From Lama guanicoe (lineage: Eukaryota): 64,000 nucleotides of DNA. A program made the translations under genes and the position numbers. The first letter of the stretch is position 1. Every line of letters begins with the position of its first letter. Shown here in pieces: positions 23,098 through 36,514 of this stretch. Below the pieces are notes generated by a model. It did not search any database and had not been told where the DNA came from. It saw only the letters and a program-made list of their open reading frames with translations. The DNA lies in assembly GCA_013239625.1 (NCBI GenBank), contig MU054323.1, positions 14,698,029-14,762,028 on the forward strand, given 5' to 3'.

Positions 23098-26028
23098 GCT
23101 CAATATCCTAAGCTTAGAACATATCCTAAGTTCATGTTCAGAGTGCTAGCGTCTGCCTCATCATGCTGAGTTTAAAATATAAAGGGAAATACCAGGTAGT
23201 TCTCCAGGATTTTTTTTTCATCCCGAATCAATTTAGCCCTAGTATCTTATGCTATATCTATATATGGCATTAAATCATCAGTTTTCCAGTTGATGCTTTT
23301 CTTGTTGCTATCAGCACTCTGCCAATCAAACTTAGAAAAAAGTAGGGCTAAAACATCTGCATGTGGCTGTTTTTTCACCTGCCTTGCAGAGAAAAACTGA
23401 TTAACTTTATAACAACTCAATACCATAATTTAGCAATGTCAAAATCAGTCTGAATGATACATATAAATAAATCCATGAAAGTCAAAATGGCAGGATTAAT
23501 TCAAGTTAGGACACAGTCCAGAATCAGAAAAGCTGGTGAAAAATAGTAGAATAAATGGAGCAACCATTATCAAGGGTCTGGGTAAGAACGAGAGTCTGAA
23601 ACAAGGGGCCTGGGAGCCCAGGATAGCAGAAAAGGAACAAGGAGAGTCACGGAGACTGAAGTCTGGGGATAAGAAGTGAGGCAGCGCAGGATGGAGAGAT
23701 GAGAACAGGGAGAGGGGTTATCTGGTAGCTTAGAGCTCTCACAGCTGAATTTCATCCCTCGTTAATCTCTAAGTGCTAAGAAACAGGCACCTAGGTAAAG
23801 AGTTTTTAAAACAAAAAGGAGAAAAAATAACACACCAGTATCATAAATTTTTCATATTTATATTTCCAAAGATATTCAGGAAGCAGCAGCTTCTATTTTA
23901 TTAATAATCCTTCGATTCAATTTTTTCCAAATTATCTGCTATTTCAACCCTCCTTAAATAAATGCCTAAATGAACAAGTGTTTATGAAGAACATACCACA
24001 TGCATAAACCCACAAGAGACATTATGAAGAATATAGAAAGGGATTAAGATAAAGGTTCTTGCCATTAGGAACCCACAGACCTCCGAAAATAAGAACTCAA
24101 CTATGTGACACTGATTACAAAATGCAGTAAGAGATAACAAAGTTATTTGATTTGCTTGGGTATAATAGGGTGTTTTTTTTTTTTTTGCATGATTTGGAAC
24201 TAGGACTCAGTAAGGATTAGTAGGCAATAAAGTGAAAGGGTAAATGTATCCAAAAATAGCATCCCAGTAAAACTGGAACGTGTAGACTTTACTGTCCTAT
24301 TTTATGCTACAAATGCATCTTGGTGAGCTTCTCTGATGGTTCATAGATAACGAATCTGAAAAAGGAAAGTCTTCCTCTATTTGGAGGGCTATCTTCTTCA
24401 AAAGAGATGCCTAGGAAGTGGTGAGGTAGGAAAGTCACCACTGCCCAGCAGCCACTTAAAACAGACTCTACTCTGGCACAAATCACAGGAGAGAATTAAC
24501 AGACATTGTCCCTACCTAGAGTAGGAACTTAAAACCATTTGACGGTGCTGAAGAGACAGGAAGGAGTAAGACCTCCTGGGAATTAGGTAAGAAATGCTTG
24601 AATAGAGTAATGAGCACGTCATACAACAACTTGAAGGTCAGGCAGAGGTGTTAGGATTTAATGTAGTTAGTCTCCTGTCTTCCACTCCAAAACAAACAAA
24701 AACAAAAACAAAACCCTAAGCTTTGGAAGAAGAAAGCCTAGACTGTGTAGGAGGTGGCTGTTGTTGAATCCATCTTATCCTCCTTTACCTGAATGGATGG
24801 ATTTATTTCTCAGTATTCAGCAAGGAAGCATCCCAAGTCTCAGTATATTATAACCTCCCTTTTTTCATTTTAAACTCCGATTTAGAAGACATACCCACCA
24901 AAGTCTTCTATTATTATCCTTACCAAGATTTGCAAAAACCTCTCTACTGGGTAGCAGATGGACAGCAGTCCTATATCTCTAGATGCAGCTGAACAAATCC
25001 ATTTAAATATCCTGACAAACTAATAAATTTCAAACTAATAAATTCATACTGTGGAAATACAAACATAGCATTTTAATTATATAAGACAGTCAGATCAATA
25101 TCCCTCTTTTAACCCCATTTTTTCTCTCTCTCTTCCTTTTTATTTACCATTTTTACCCTTAATCTCCTGATCTGAAAAGTTTGAGGTCTTTAAATTTTCC
25201 TTTTCTGTCATCAAACCTGGGATTTTCTATGCTAATGTTGCATACATTTCCCTTTCTTTTAATTCAAACTGCTACACCCTAGAGTGAGTTTGTCATTTTA
25301 CTCTTGGACTAATGATGTTTTGTCAACAATCAGTGATTGATAAATGTTGAACAATTGCACTAATCTTCAAGTTCATCTCTTTGTAACAGGTTCCTTTCAA
25401 CCAAATCTACCCTGTGCTGTTTTGGTGGATTTCTCTCACCAACATGCTGCTCTACACTTACTCTACATGCTCTTTCCACACTTCCACCCCTTCAACAGAG
25501 CTTTTAAAATCCTTTCAACAAAGCATGCTTATGTTCACTGGACATCTTGCATGGGGTCCTACAGGCAAACAGAAGGAAATAGTTGCTTTGAATAAGGCGG
25601 AGGATGAGGTATGGGGGGCGGTTGGTAGGATGCACCCTTTAAAGCCTCTCTCTCATTTATAGCCCTCTTTTCCACTATAGTAGGCTGGGGCAGGGTAGGA
25701 GACAATATGCTATATGACCCCTATGGAGCAGAATTTGAAACAACGAAAGTTACATCTCTAGTCAAATTAGTCCCACCTCTTCTTATCTATATAGGCCAGG
25801 TACTTATCCACCTGAAAACTAACGCTCCAGTCATTGCTCATTCTTCGTTTATCATTCCCCTTATTCTCTGACCTATCTTTTCTCCAAGACTCGCAATTCT
25901 CCTCTCTATGAAATTGACTAAGGCTATAGAAGCTTAATGATTACATCCTCCTCTCAAACCTGTAGTTGCTGCAGGCAATTCATTTGGAGCAAGTGCTACT
26001 TTGCATTGATACATGAAAATATGATGGA

Positions 26029-26064
26029 AGATAGATGATAGATGGATAGATAGATAAATAGATA
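26029..26064. repeat. (GATA)n-like tetranucleotide repeat
   Basis: Directly visible, imperfect. Confidence 0.8.
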
Positions 26065-26699
26065 GGGACTATTTCTACATTTAATTTCCCATTCTTTAAG
26101 GCTGGTACTGCATTTCTTAGTTATTTGTAAACCTCAGATTCAAAACAACATCAATATAAAAAGTGTTTAAAAATTATTGTACTGATGTTTTAATTAAGAT
26201 TAGACTAGTAGGAGTGGGCACATTTTCTAAAATGGAAAACAGAAGTAAGGAAGACTGGATAGATGTAATATTTATCTCTCTAATGAATGTCATATAGCAA
26301 AGGGTAGAGTTTGATGACACCTACTGTACACCATCAGCTGATCATAAAACAAAGCATTAAAGTGAAGAAGTTATATGCAGTTGAAAGCAACACAGAAAAA
26401 AAACCTGAAAAATTATCAAACAGTCTCCATTTAAGGAGATTCCACTTTATATTTCTCAAATTAATCTGTGTTTTAATTAGTAAGTAATGCTGGAAAAGAT
26501 GCTATGAAACAGGTAAATGGGTTATGTACTGAAGGTGGTAATGAAAACTTAATGGAAAGACTCTTGACAAATGTACCTAAAACCTTAGAAATATTGCCGT
26601 TTCTAAAACCTAAAATTCTCTTTTTAAAAGTCTGTGCAATAAATAATCAGAGATACAGACAAATGCTTAAGCACAAAGATAACAGGCTAACATTATATC

Positions 26700-27025
26700 A
26701 GTGACAAAATGATTTAAATATCCAACAATAGAGAAATGGTAAATTATGATGCATCCAGTTAATAAAATATTATGAGACTAATAAATATTTACTAGGAAAT
26801 TCTAATGACTTGGGAACAAGCTCATAACAAAATGGTAAGTGATAAAACCAAACAATAAATACTTGTTCAGCACGTTCATGACTATGTAAAATGGATAGGA
26901 AGAAAATTAGAAGGAAATAAAATAACAAATATTAACTGTGATTGCTTCCAGGCAATAGTACCCTGTTTCCTTGTATTTTCTATACTTTAAATTTTTTGTA
27001 TAATGAGCATGCACTTACTTATCTC
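26700..27025 (+). mobile_element. L1ME-type 3' end fragment
   Basis: aaatatccaacaatagagaaatggtaaattatg...aatattaactgtgattg...tgtataatgagcatg. Confidence 0.6.
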
Positions 27026-27549
27026 AAGACTTTTTGAACTGAATCAATGCTTATAAGACCACAGTCTAAGGTAAAATTGAGATTCTCCTTTACTATACTC
27101 TCACACTCCAAATAATAAATCAAATAACTCAAGAAAAGGACCAGCTACAACTTGGCAATGATGTAAAAGACCTGAAGAAGGCTCTTCTCTGCCCTCCTCT
27201 GGGAGGGGATCCAACTCCAATCCAAGCTTCTTGGCTAAGCTGGACCAGCTGCTGCAGAGAAGCTTTGGGGTCTGTCAAACTGGCAAAGGGTTGGAGGCCC
27301 CAGAAAGGTCCTTCACCCCTAAGATGTACTAACTAAGCAGAAGACTTCTAAGAAAGTGATGTGTGTGGCCTTCGCAGTAACCAGATGATGTGAAGCTGAA
27401 AAACCGTCCTCTCAACTTGTAGTAATACATTTCTATCTGCCACCCTAAAGGGATGACTGAATTAACTGTTGATTTTCTCTAGAGAAAAGCTTACAAAATA
27501 TGTGCCTTATAAGAACATGGTCATTAGAATGCAACCAAAAATACAGAAA

Positions 27550-27775
27550 AATACAGATGTGGACCAGGCAGTTAAATAATAACTTTGTTTACTTTGTGAT
27601 GTTTATAGTGTTTGTCAGCTTTTCAACATCTGTAAATTGTTCCGTTTCTTTCTCATTCTAAATACATACTCGTTTACATACTAAATTTGGTATCTGTAAT
27701 TTTAAATTATTTTTCTTAAAGAGGACCCTCCAAAGAATATAAATATCAGAGCCCATAAAACTTGAATCCATTCCA
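27550..27775. mobile_element. hAT-Tip100-like DNA transposon remnant (ORSL-like; family uncertain)
   Basis: tttttcttaaagaggaccctccaaa...cagagcccataaaacttgaatcc resembles a recalled hAT terminal sequence. Confidence 0.5.
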
Positions 27776-28899
27776 ACTACAGAAACAAAAATGATAGGAC
27801 TGAGGCCAGAGCCCTTGAACTCACTCCTATTTACACAAATACAGTCTGTAAAGGAGTCAGGGTTGGGACAGGTATAAGGTTAGGGACTGGGCGACGTCAA
27901 AAGATGTCAAGACGTGTACTCTCTTTTCTGGTTGTGTATTATACTTTAAAAGGTTGGGGGAAATAAAAAAAACACAAGGACTTCAAGGAATACGTCAACA
28001 GTGGGATCCAAGTGGTATCTGAGGAAAGAACATACAGGACCTTTTAGACCATGGCATGATGTTTACAGATTCTTTTGTATTTATTCACATGGAAGCTTTA
28101 CGGAATTATTTAATTCCATGACTCTTAAATCTTTTACATTTTGTTTTCTTGTACGGAAGTCATCATTGATGGTATTCACATACATAAAAATTGGGATGGA
28201 AGTGGTTAGGGTTAGACCCAGTTTTTAGAACAGTGCCTGTAGTTCTACCCATTTATCTTTTACTCCAAAAAAAAAAAAAAAGTCACATTGAGTGATAGAG
28301 ATAACATGTGAATCTCTTCTCCAGAGGCTATGTGACTATAACCTTTTGTTTAATTGTCTCAATTTTATTTATTTCTCATTACATTTACCACAATATTTGG
28401 ATAATATTATATAATTATAGTGATTATAGGAAATCTTTATCTCTTCCTGACTTTAGTAGAGATGATTTTAAGAATGCAATAATTTCGTTTTAGAAAAACA
28501 TTTATTTTTATCATTAGGAGTCTATCTTTCTTTTCTTAGATACCAAAGGCCTTCGTTTTTTTCTGAAACAAAGGCTAAAATATTGTTAATATCTTTGTAA
28601 CATACTTTTCAACCATTACATGCCTCCTATCATGTGCTGTCATATACATACACTCTCAGAAACACGCCATATGCAATTATCACATATTCCTGTCAACCAG
28701 GCTCAGTGCAACACATGTTAACGACATTATGCCATTTAATGTACTGACTTTATGGATTAAATGGTCTTCATTCTTCTGTGGTCATTTCATATCAGTTTTA
28801 ATTGACAAGGAGTGTGTTAATGTTTTCCTTTTAAAAATCTAAGCCATGTCAGAAAAGTTCAAGTCCTAAGTTCAAAATTTCTCCCTTAAATCTTTAATT

Positions 28900-29960
28900 A
28901 GTTATGTAAGTTTATATATTTTCTTTCTATGTGCTCTCTGTATATTTATACATACTGTCAGAGGACATATTTTTATCACTGTGATTGTTCACGTTTTATA
29001 TCAATTATATTATATTGCTTTTACTGAAACTGTTTTCCCAAAAATGTATGTTTTGGAAAGCTTTCTTTGATAATACATGCAAATCTTCTTTATTCTTTTT
29101 AATTGCTGCAAAGTATTCCACAGTATCAATCACACCAGAGTTTACTGGGTCATTTCCTTTTTTAGGCTATTTCAAATATTTTACCAGAGTAAAAGAACTA
29201 CAAATTAACTTCTTTGTTCCTGCATTCCTGTGCACTCTATCCTGAGATCTAGAATAGATGTTCATAAATGACTTTACTAGGTTATAGTATAAATCTATTT
29301 CTAAAGTTACTAAAATCTTCCAAATCACCTGTAAATTTACTGCACCCTCAGCTGTGAATACGAGCACCAGTATCCTACGTTCTTGCCCAAACTGGCAGAC
29401 TCTGAAACCTTTGTTAGTCAGGTGGACTGAAAAGTGGTATCTCACTGATGTAATGATCAGCAGGATTATGATTACTACTAAGTTTCGATCATATTTTCAT
29501 TGTCATCTGCGTCTTGTTTGAGATGTTTATTCATACACTTTGCCTATTTTTAAATTGAATTATTTGCCTTTAGTAAAATGTTTCACACTAATAATTTATC
29601 TGATATATATTTCAGTTATTTTCTTTACATATTGCATACAGAAATTTTAAATGTTGAAGTAGTTAAATAAATTTAGCCTTTTTTTCTTTAGATGTTCTTT
29701 CCTTCCATAAAAGCCATGAGCATATTATCCTACATATTCATTTGGGTGTTTTTTATAAGTATATTTTTTAAGGTTTTCATATTAATATTTTATTTATTAT
29801 TAGATTTTTAAGTTGTTTACATATCTAGAATTTTTTTAAGAATATAAGCTAACTTAACCTTTTCTAATGGAGGGACAATTTTCCTAAAATGATTTATTGA
29901 CTAATTCATCTTTTCCATACTAACATTATGTGCAGTGTTTATATTAAATTTCCTTATATT
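28900..29960 (-). mobile_element. Old L1ME-type fragment (ORF2 end / 3' region)
   Basis: ttattctttttaattgctgca.agtattcca; gaaaagtggtatctca (minus-strand MRYHF, an ORF2 MRYHL remnant). Confidence 0.7.
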
Positions 29961-30224
29961 TATGAATTACTAAGCTCTAAATTATATACTATTTTAAATT
30001 GCTATACTTGTTTATCTGTAAGTGCTAACAGTACATTACTTACTATAGATTCACAATATATTTAGTTACTAGGTACAAGTCTCCCTGCTTCCAATGAACC
30101 CATGCAATTGCTCTCCCCACCATTTCCACAAAAGTTTTTTTTAGAAATGATTGCACATCTATTTCCCCATAGATTTTACAGGTTACCTGAAAAATCTTTC
30201 TGTGATTCTTACTGAATACAGCCC

Positions 30225-30660
30225 ACACTGAAATGATAGGGGCAGGGGAAACACAAGATGAGCAAGGAACATCTTGTCTTTTTTGGGGGGGTAGGGAAGT
30301 GAGTGCAGTAAAGTAGATCTATTTATTTATCTAGTTTTAATGGAGGTACTGGGGATTGAATCCAGGCTTTTGTGCATGCTAAGCATGTGCTCTACCACTG
30401 AGCTATACCCTCCACCCAGGAATATCACGTCATGCCAGAAAGTAGGAAACCAAAGAATGGAGACATGTCATAGGGACTTAGTTCCCAAAGGCAATGCTGG
30501 GAAATTTTGAGCAACAAAATGAATAGCATAGTATTGAATTGAACTCAAAGTGTAAAATAAATGTATATGAGCCCACCCAGATATAAAGGATAAATAATAA
30601 AATGGACAAACCTTTCTTCCAGAATCATTTCAAACAATATATGTAGACCTGTCCCCCTCC
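30225..30660 (+). mobile_element. L1MC/L1MD 3' UTR fragment hosting the SINE
   Basis: ggggcaggggaaacacaagatgagc..ggaacatcttgtc|atgccagaaagtaggaa continuous across the SINE. Confidence 0.7.
30279..30417 (-). mobile_element. tRNA-derived SINE, camelid vic-1 type
   Basis: Minus strand GGGTGGAGGGTATAGCTCAGTGGTAGAGCACATGCTTAGCATGCAC...GGATTCAATCCCCAGTACCTCC (Pol III A/B boxes), A-rich tail; degenerate 14-bp TSD aggaacatcttgtc (30265-30278) / aggaatatcacgtc (30418-30431). Confidence 0.9.
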
Positions 30661-31219
30661 AGAAGTTGATTTTCTATTATTCTCAAGAAAAATGGCATTT
30701 TAGGAGGCAATTAACTTAGCTGGACTCAAACAGAAACTGTTCTTTGAGGTCAATTTGAATCAGGGTTCTGTTATTTTATCCTTAGGTGGGCTGTTGGGAG
30801 TCTCCCTACATGTGTGGTTCAGAATTCATCCAGAGATTTGGGCAGAGTTTATATTAAAAATTGGGGGCTTTCCTTCCAGCTCTGTACTTTTTAGGATCCT
30901 CTGTCTCCCATTACATTCTAGCAACTGTGGTTTCCTGAACCTTGACCTTTGGTTCTGTAAGGCCAGAAAGAAGTCACTGAGGGTTTTCTATTGGAGTGTC
31001 TGTCACCATGCATTGTGTCTGTGGTTTGTCCTCAGGCTGAAAACTGCAGACAAGGGTAACACCCTGGATCATTCCCCTGTCCGAGCATCAATACCCCTCT
31101 GAAATCTGTTTGTATTTGTTCATTCTCTAGTGCCTTCAGGTGGTCTTTACTTCTTACTAATTTTGTACAAATTTATAGTTATTTAGGTCACTCATACTGG
31201 AAACAGCATGATTAATATA

Positions 31220-32100
31220 TATTTTTCAATAAAGTTTTAATTTTAGAATAGTTTTAGACATACAATGAAGTTGTAAAGAAACTACAGAAATTTCCCATAT
31301 ACCCCATCCCAGTTTTCCCTGTTGTTAACTTCTCATATTAAAATGCTGCATTTGTCACGATTAAGAAGCCAGTGTTGGTATGCTGCTATTAACTAAATTC
31401 CAAATGTACTACTATTTCACATACTCATTTAACAAATTTTTTTCTGTTCTAGGATTCAAGCCAGGATCCCATATTGCATTTAGTCATTGTATCTTCTTAG
31501 TTCCCGTCAATATTTTACAGTTTCTCAGTTTTTCCTTGTTTTTCATTCTCTTGGTAATTTTGAGCAGTACTGGTCAAATATTTTGCAGAATGTCCCTCAA
31601 TCTGGATTTTGTGTGATGTTTTCCTCATGGCTATACTGAGGTTACAGATTTGGGGGAAAAATACCACAGAAGGAAAATGCTCTTTTCATCATATTATTTT
31701 TAGGGGTTCATACCTTTGACATGGCTTATTACTGGTGATGTTATACTTGGTCACATGTCCAAGCTTTCTCCACTGTAAAAGATGTCCCTTTCCATATGTC
31801 AGTCTTTGGAAGTAAGTCACTAAGTGCAGCCCACACTCAGGGAGAGAAGAGGGAAGGAAATTAAGCCTCACCTTGGGTTTGGGGATAGGGGTAGGAATCT
31901 ACATAAATTATTTGGAATTTTTCTATAAATAAAGTTTGTCTCTTCTCCTACATGAATATATCTCTTCAATCATTTAGTTGTATCATATGGATTTATGTAT
32001 ATTTATTTTATATTTTAGGTTATAATCCAATAATATCTTGTTGCTCAAATTGTTCAGCTTTGGCCACCAGGAGCTCTGCCAAGTTGACTGTTATATACCC
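31220..32100 (-). mobile_element. L1MC/L1MD 3' end
   Basis: ttttagaatagttttaga...tcccatatacccc...ggatcccatattgcatttagtc...gtactggtcaaatattttgcagaatgtccctcaat. Confidence 0.8.
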
Positions 32101-32139
32101 TGTGACATGCTTCCATCCTTCTCTTGTTTTTAATTTCTG

Positions 32140-32290
32140 ATGCTACCTTATCTGTGAAATGAGCTATTAAAAATCTTAAACCTTTTAATAAATTATACAG
32201 ATTGTCAGGAATAAATGACTTAATACTTGTGAATACAAAGAAGAGTCACTGTCACACAGTAATCCCTCATTAAACATTAACTATTATTAA
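32140..32290 (+). mobile_element. MIR 3' fragment
   Basis: cttatctgtgaaatg...attgtcaggaataaatga...acacagtaa.ccctcattaaacattaactattatt. Confidence 0.65.
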
Positions 32291-34769
32291 AGACATATGT
32301 CTACTTCATAGCTAATATTTGCTGAATCATCATTTTCATCTCATTTTTAGTTGTAGGATAGCTCCTCTAGTGCATTCAGTAACCCACCGTTTACATGTCC
32401 CACAAGGTTAATTCTACTTTACCTCACCAATGTGGATTTTAATTGTATTCCTGCATTTTGTGTTTCATTGCAATCTGTCATTTTCTCATCCATATTCCTT
32501 TTTACCTTTATTGATGCTCCTCTTTAGTTTCACAAAAATATTATGTGCTGGCATTCTTTTGAAGATGCCAGGAGACTTCTATATATTTTTTTGCTCATAC
32601 CTAAAATAAATAATGTTCAGGTTCTGCTATTCTTCCAAGCTGCCAGAATGATATATTTCCCTTATCCTGCAGTATTTTCTTTCCATAGGTCCCATAATAC
32701 TTTTACTGCTGCTAAATTATCCTGGACTCATTTTCAGTCACGATGTATACTTACTGATCAGTTCGATCTTTTTGATCTCACTAGCTGGATTAACACCTGC
32801 AGGGCTAGTGGATGTACACTGGTTCTAGCCCAATTTCTCATGCCTAGCAAATATTTGTCTCTTGTGGTTGTCCTAGGTTAAAGTGGGCTACATTTGGCTG
32901 GAAGCCTTCAGTAGTAGTAAAAACTACAATTGCCAACGGGCGTTGCTTTTGAAATCTTTTCAATCTCAACTGCTGCTTTTATTCTTTAACATACATGATA
33001 TGATTAATCAATCCCCTCAATTCTTCCCTAATTCCCTGCTCTTTCATTGACTGACATCACACTTTCAGGTGGATGTAGAATGGAGAGTATTAATGAACTA
33101 GATGGTTTGAGGTAGAAGGAAGAGTGAGTGATAATAATATACAAGTCTCAAAAAGCTATACCTGTAGAATAAGGGGGATCATGTTTGCTTTTCTGTTGAG
33201 TCCACTGGGAAGGTGGGCAGCAGGGAAGGTGTGTGGTAAAGAGTGTCCCCATATCAGAGTTTAGGGTCTGGGTTTGCCCTGCTCAGTGACTTTAGTACTA
33301 GATATTATTACAGTGCAAGTTTCTAAGTTTACTATTATTTGTCACATGAAGAATTATTGTTACCATAGTATTGTTGCCAGAGAACTAATATTTCTATTTC
33401 ATATTTGAAGATTATAATAACCTCAAAATAATGTGGAAAAGTCCAATTAAAAATCAATGAAGACCATGTTAGACATGGTACATAGACATTTGGGGATGAT
33501 TCAATAACACAGCATAGAGAAGAGATATTAAGACACAAAAATACATATATATTTCAATGCTTTAAACTAGTATATAATACTTAAACTAAAAACTGCAATC
33601 TCTTCCCTTTTTGTCACAGGATTACTTTAGTGATAAGTTAATGAAAAAATTTTAATGAAAAAAATATTTTGCAGGGCGAGGAAACCATTTTTCTGAAGGC
33701 CTTTATATTACATTATGTAGTTAGCAACTCACTGCACTTACTTATTTGGTTAAATAGGTAACTGTATTACCGTTAATGTGAACAATGTTATAAATGTTTA
33801 GTTCATTCCTAGTCTATGCCAGGTACTGCACTAGACACAGTTGTCTAGAAAGCAGCTCTCCAGAAAGTTACATTTGATTAATATATTATTTCATTCTATT
33901 GTGCAGATAAAGTCATAAATCTTGTTCTGGTAAAGTCCTCCTTTGGAAGGAAAAAAAAATAAATCCTAATGCTCGTCTCTGTTGTACTACTAAGGTCTTA
34001 AAAGAAATGCTCTTATTAAAATGCAGAATGTCTCCTTCCAATGTAATGATAACATCAGCAAATTTCAGAAGCACTGGGGCAGCTAAAGCTAGAGAACTGA
34101 TTAACTCTCTTACAAAGTGGTTCTAATTCAACTAATTAGATGTTGATCAGATGTTAAAGTTCAGCTCCAGTGATTCATTATTTTCTTCAGGAGCTCTACC
34201 TATCTCATTTAAAGTTCGTAAAACTTAAAACGGTCCTTCCATATGAATACCTATAAACATGAGGTCTCTTTGTGCAGGAAAATCTATCTATAATAACTCT
34301 AATGCACATGCAGGAAGCTCTCTGCTATATTCAAAGCTTAGTAAGCAACTCAGGCAGACCTGTGGTCTTTGCCATTAATTTATTGTCATTTGGAGAGGCC
34401 ATTCTCACTGCCATTTATCATTAAACACCAGGATCTTGACCCACATTAAACTGTGACTTGAAAATAGAGAAAGCACGCAGCACTCTGCATGGATGAAGGA
34501 CTCTGGAGAATCGACTTCCAAGTTTCTACACTAAAAAATGTCTTTGGGTTAGTAATCATTAGGAGATAGGAAAGCAGATTCAACCTTCTCACTGTTTCTA
34601 TTTCTAGTTGTGTATTTCTCACCTCCTTACCCTGGTGGAATCCTACAATAAAGTGTTTCCACATTCAGATATTATAATATCAATTATCTTTGGTCATGGA
34701 AGAAAACAGGTATCAGTTACAGTTTCATTATTAATAATAATACATTAATAATAATAAACTGTTTAAATG

Positions 34770-34960
34770 CATATTTCTTACGTGCCAGGGAATGTCCTAA
34801 GCCTTTTAGTCATTTTTATTCATTTAAACCTATATTACTCTCTTTTGTGGGTGTTATTATCCTTGTTTACATAAGAATAAACTGAAAAATCAGAGTCTAA
34901 TAGCATAGGTGAAGGAAAAGTATGTGAAGGAACAGAATCAAGTCTAAGTGGTTCTACCAC
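34770..34960 (-). mobile_element. MIR fragment
   Basis: acgtgccagg...cctaagccttt...gtgttattatccttgtttac...aaactga. Confidence 0.55.
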
Positions 34961-35379
34961 GAGTCCCTCCTTTATATGACTTATTGTCACAGCTTAGAGT
35001 TTGACACTGGGAGAAGAATAAAGAAATATGGACTGGAAGTCTAAGGGCAAACACCTATACTAAGGTGGAGGTGTCCAGGCCTTTCCTATTAGGAGTTCAT
35101 ATAAAATTGCCAGGAGTACTGGCTGTGTATTTAAATAATGGAATCAATTTTGTATGTTTCTCCTGTTGCCATCCCTTGTTCCAAGCTTTCTTACTTCTTT
35201 AGATTTTCCTTTGGGTTCTTGCCTCTTTTTATATTGTGCACATCTCACCACACTTCTGAAAAACACTCTCATTTACTCTTGATTCCGAGGGCTGATATGA
35301 GCAGCCCCCGCTGCTGTTAGCAGTACTTCCTATCTTCTCTTCATATATTTGTTGATTAATATGATTCATTTATTTGCAT

Positions 35380-35743
35380 GGTTTAAACTAAACTGCTATA
35401 ACAAAGAGATTTCCAAAAATACAATGACTGAGGGAAGATGGAAGTCTAAAGAATGACTCTCATCCCTGACACATAGTCTCTTTCTCTGAGTTTATTTATT
35501 TCTGGGAGATCAGAAAAGGGAAAGAGGAAGTGGAGGGCAAGCAGCTTTCTCTTTAAAAACGTGATCCAGTAATGAACATACCACTTTTCCTCCTGCACTG
35601 AAAACGGATTGTGAAGGACGTTGGGGATTACAGTTTCTAATTGCTAATACTATCTGGGTGCATCTCAGAAGGAGTCAGGGTCTTATTTTTAAATTGAGTA
35701 AGTGAAGAATGAATACTGATATCAATAAACCATCCCATCCACA
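35380..35743 (-). mobile_element. Old MLT1 (K/L-like) MaLR LTR
   Basis: ctgctataacaaagaga..ccaaaaatacaatgact...; terminal ...gaagaatgaatactg...ccaca. Confidence 0.55.
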
Positions 35744-36514
35744 AGATTCAAAGACTTCAGTTGCAGGTCAGAAACATACTTTGCCTTTGTATTTTATCAT
35801 CCCATGACATTCCCAGTTATGCATGTTTCTTATCTAGTTTGCTTAGATAACATGTTCCTGAATCAAAGAAAGGATAATTATTAAAAGTTCAAGAAAAATC
35901 ACGACACTCAGCAACGTTTAAGCTGAACAGAGTCAGAAGCCAATGTAATGGTCATAGCTGGACAAAATGTCAGGCCAGGAAAAACACAGATCCACTCAGG
36001 CAGAACAATCTGGTTGTTCAGTGTTTCTATACTTTAAAAAGAAAGGCTGCCCAACAATCTGGCCCACAGAGTTATTTGTAGTTTAGCTGATTGTTCTGAC
36101 CTCACTTTTTTCTTACAAATTTCGTATTTGGAAGACAGACTACATCAGGCTGTGAAATTATATAGCACCAGAGAGCCAATATGGCTGATTACAAAATAAT
36201 GCTAATGATCAAAAATAACAATTTTAGTCCTTTATAATAATGAACTGCTTTTTTTCAGGGACTTTGCCACAGAAATTATTCACATGCTGTCTCAGTGGAG
36301 TTGTTTCCAGATAGTTGTGGATCCTACTTTCTCTTTTCTGGTTTTAAAAGACCCGTTTCAATGTCATAACCTAATCTGAACACAATAATCTCGATGGGAA
36401 ATCAACAGAAAATACTACGTTTCTACTTGCACAACAGGTTTTGTTTGTTTTTAGCAGCCATGTCAAGGCCACTATTGAACCACATAAGGTATATGCCAAT
36501 TAAAATTCTCATGA

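Noticed and set aside
10942..24832. ~20-bp inverted similarity ggatgctt(cc)ttgctgaatact between ~10942 and ~24811
   Set aside because: A gapped match this short is roughly expected by chance in a 64-kb AT-rich self-comparison
30340..30417. tRNA-like sequence
   Set aside because: It is the SINE head, with an A-rich tail and TSD; not a tRNA gene
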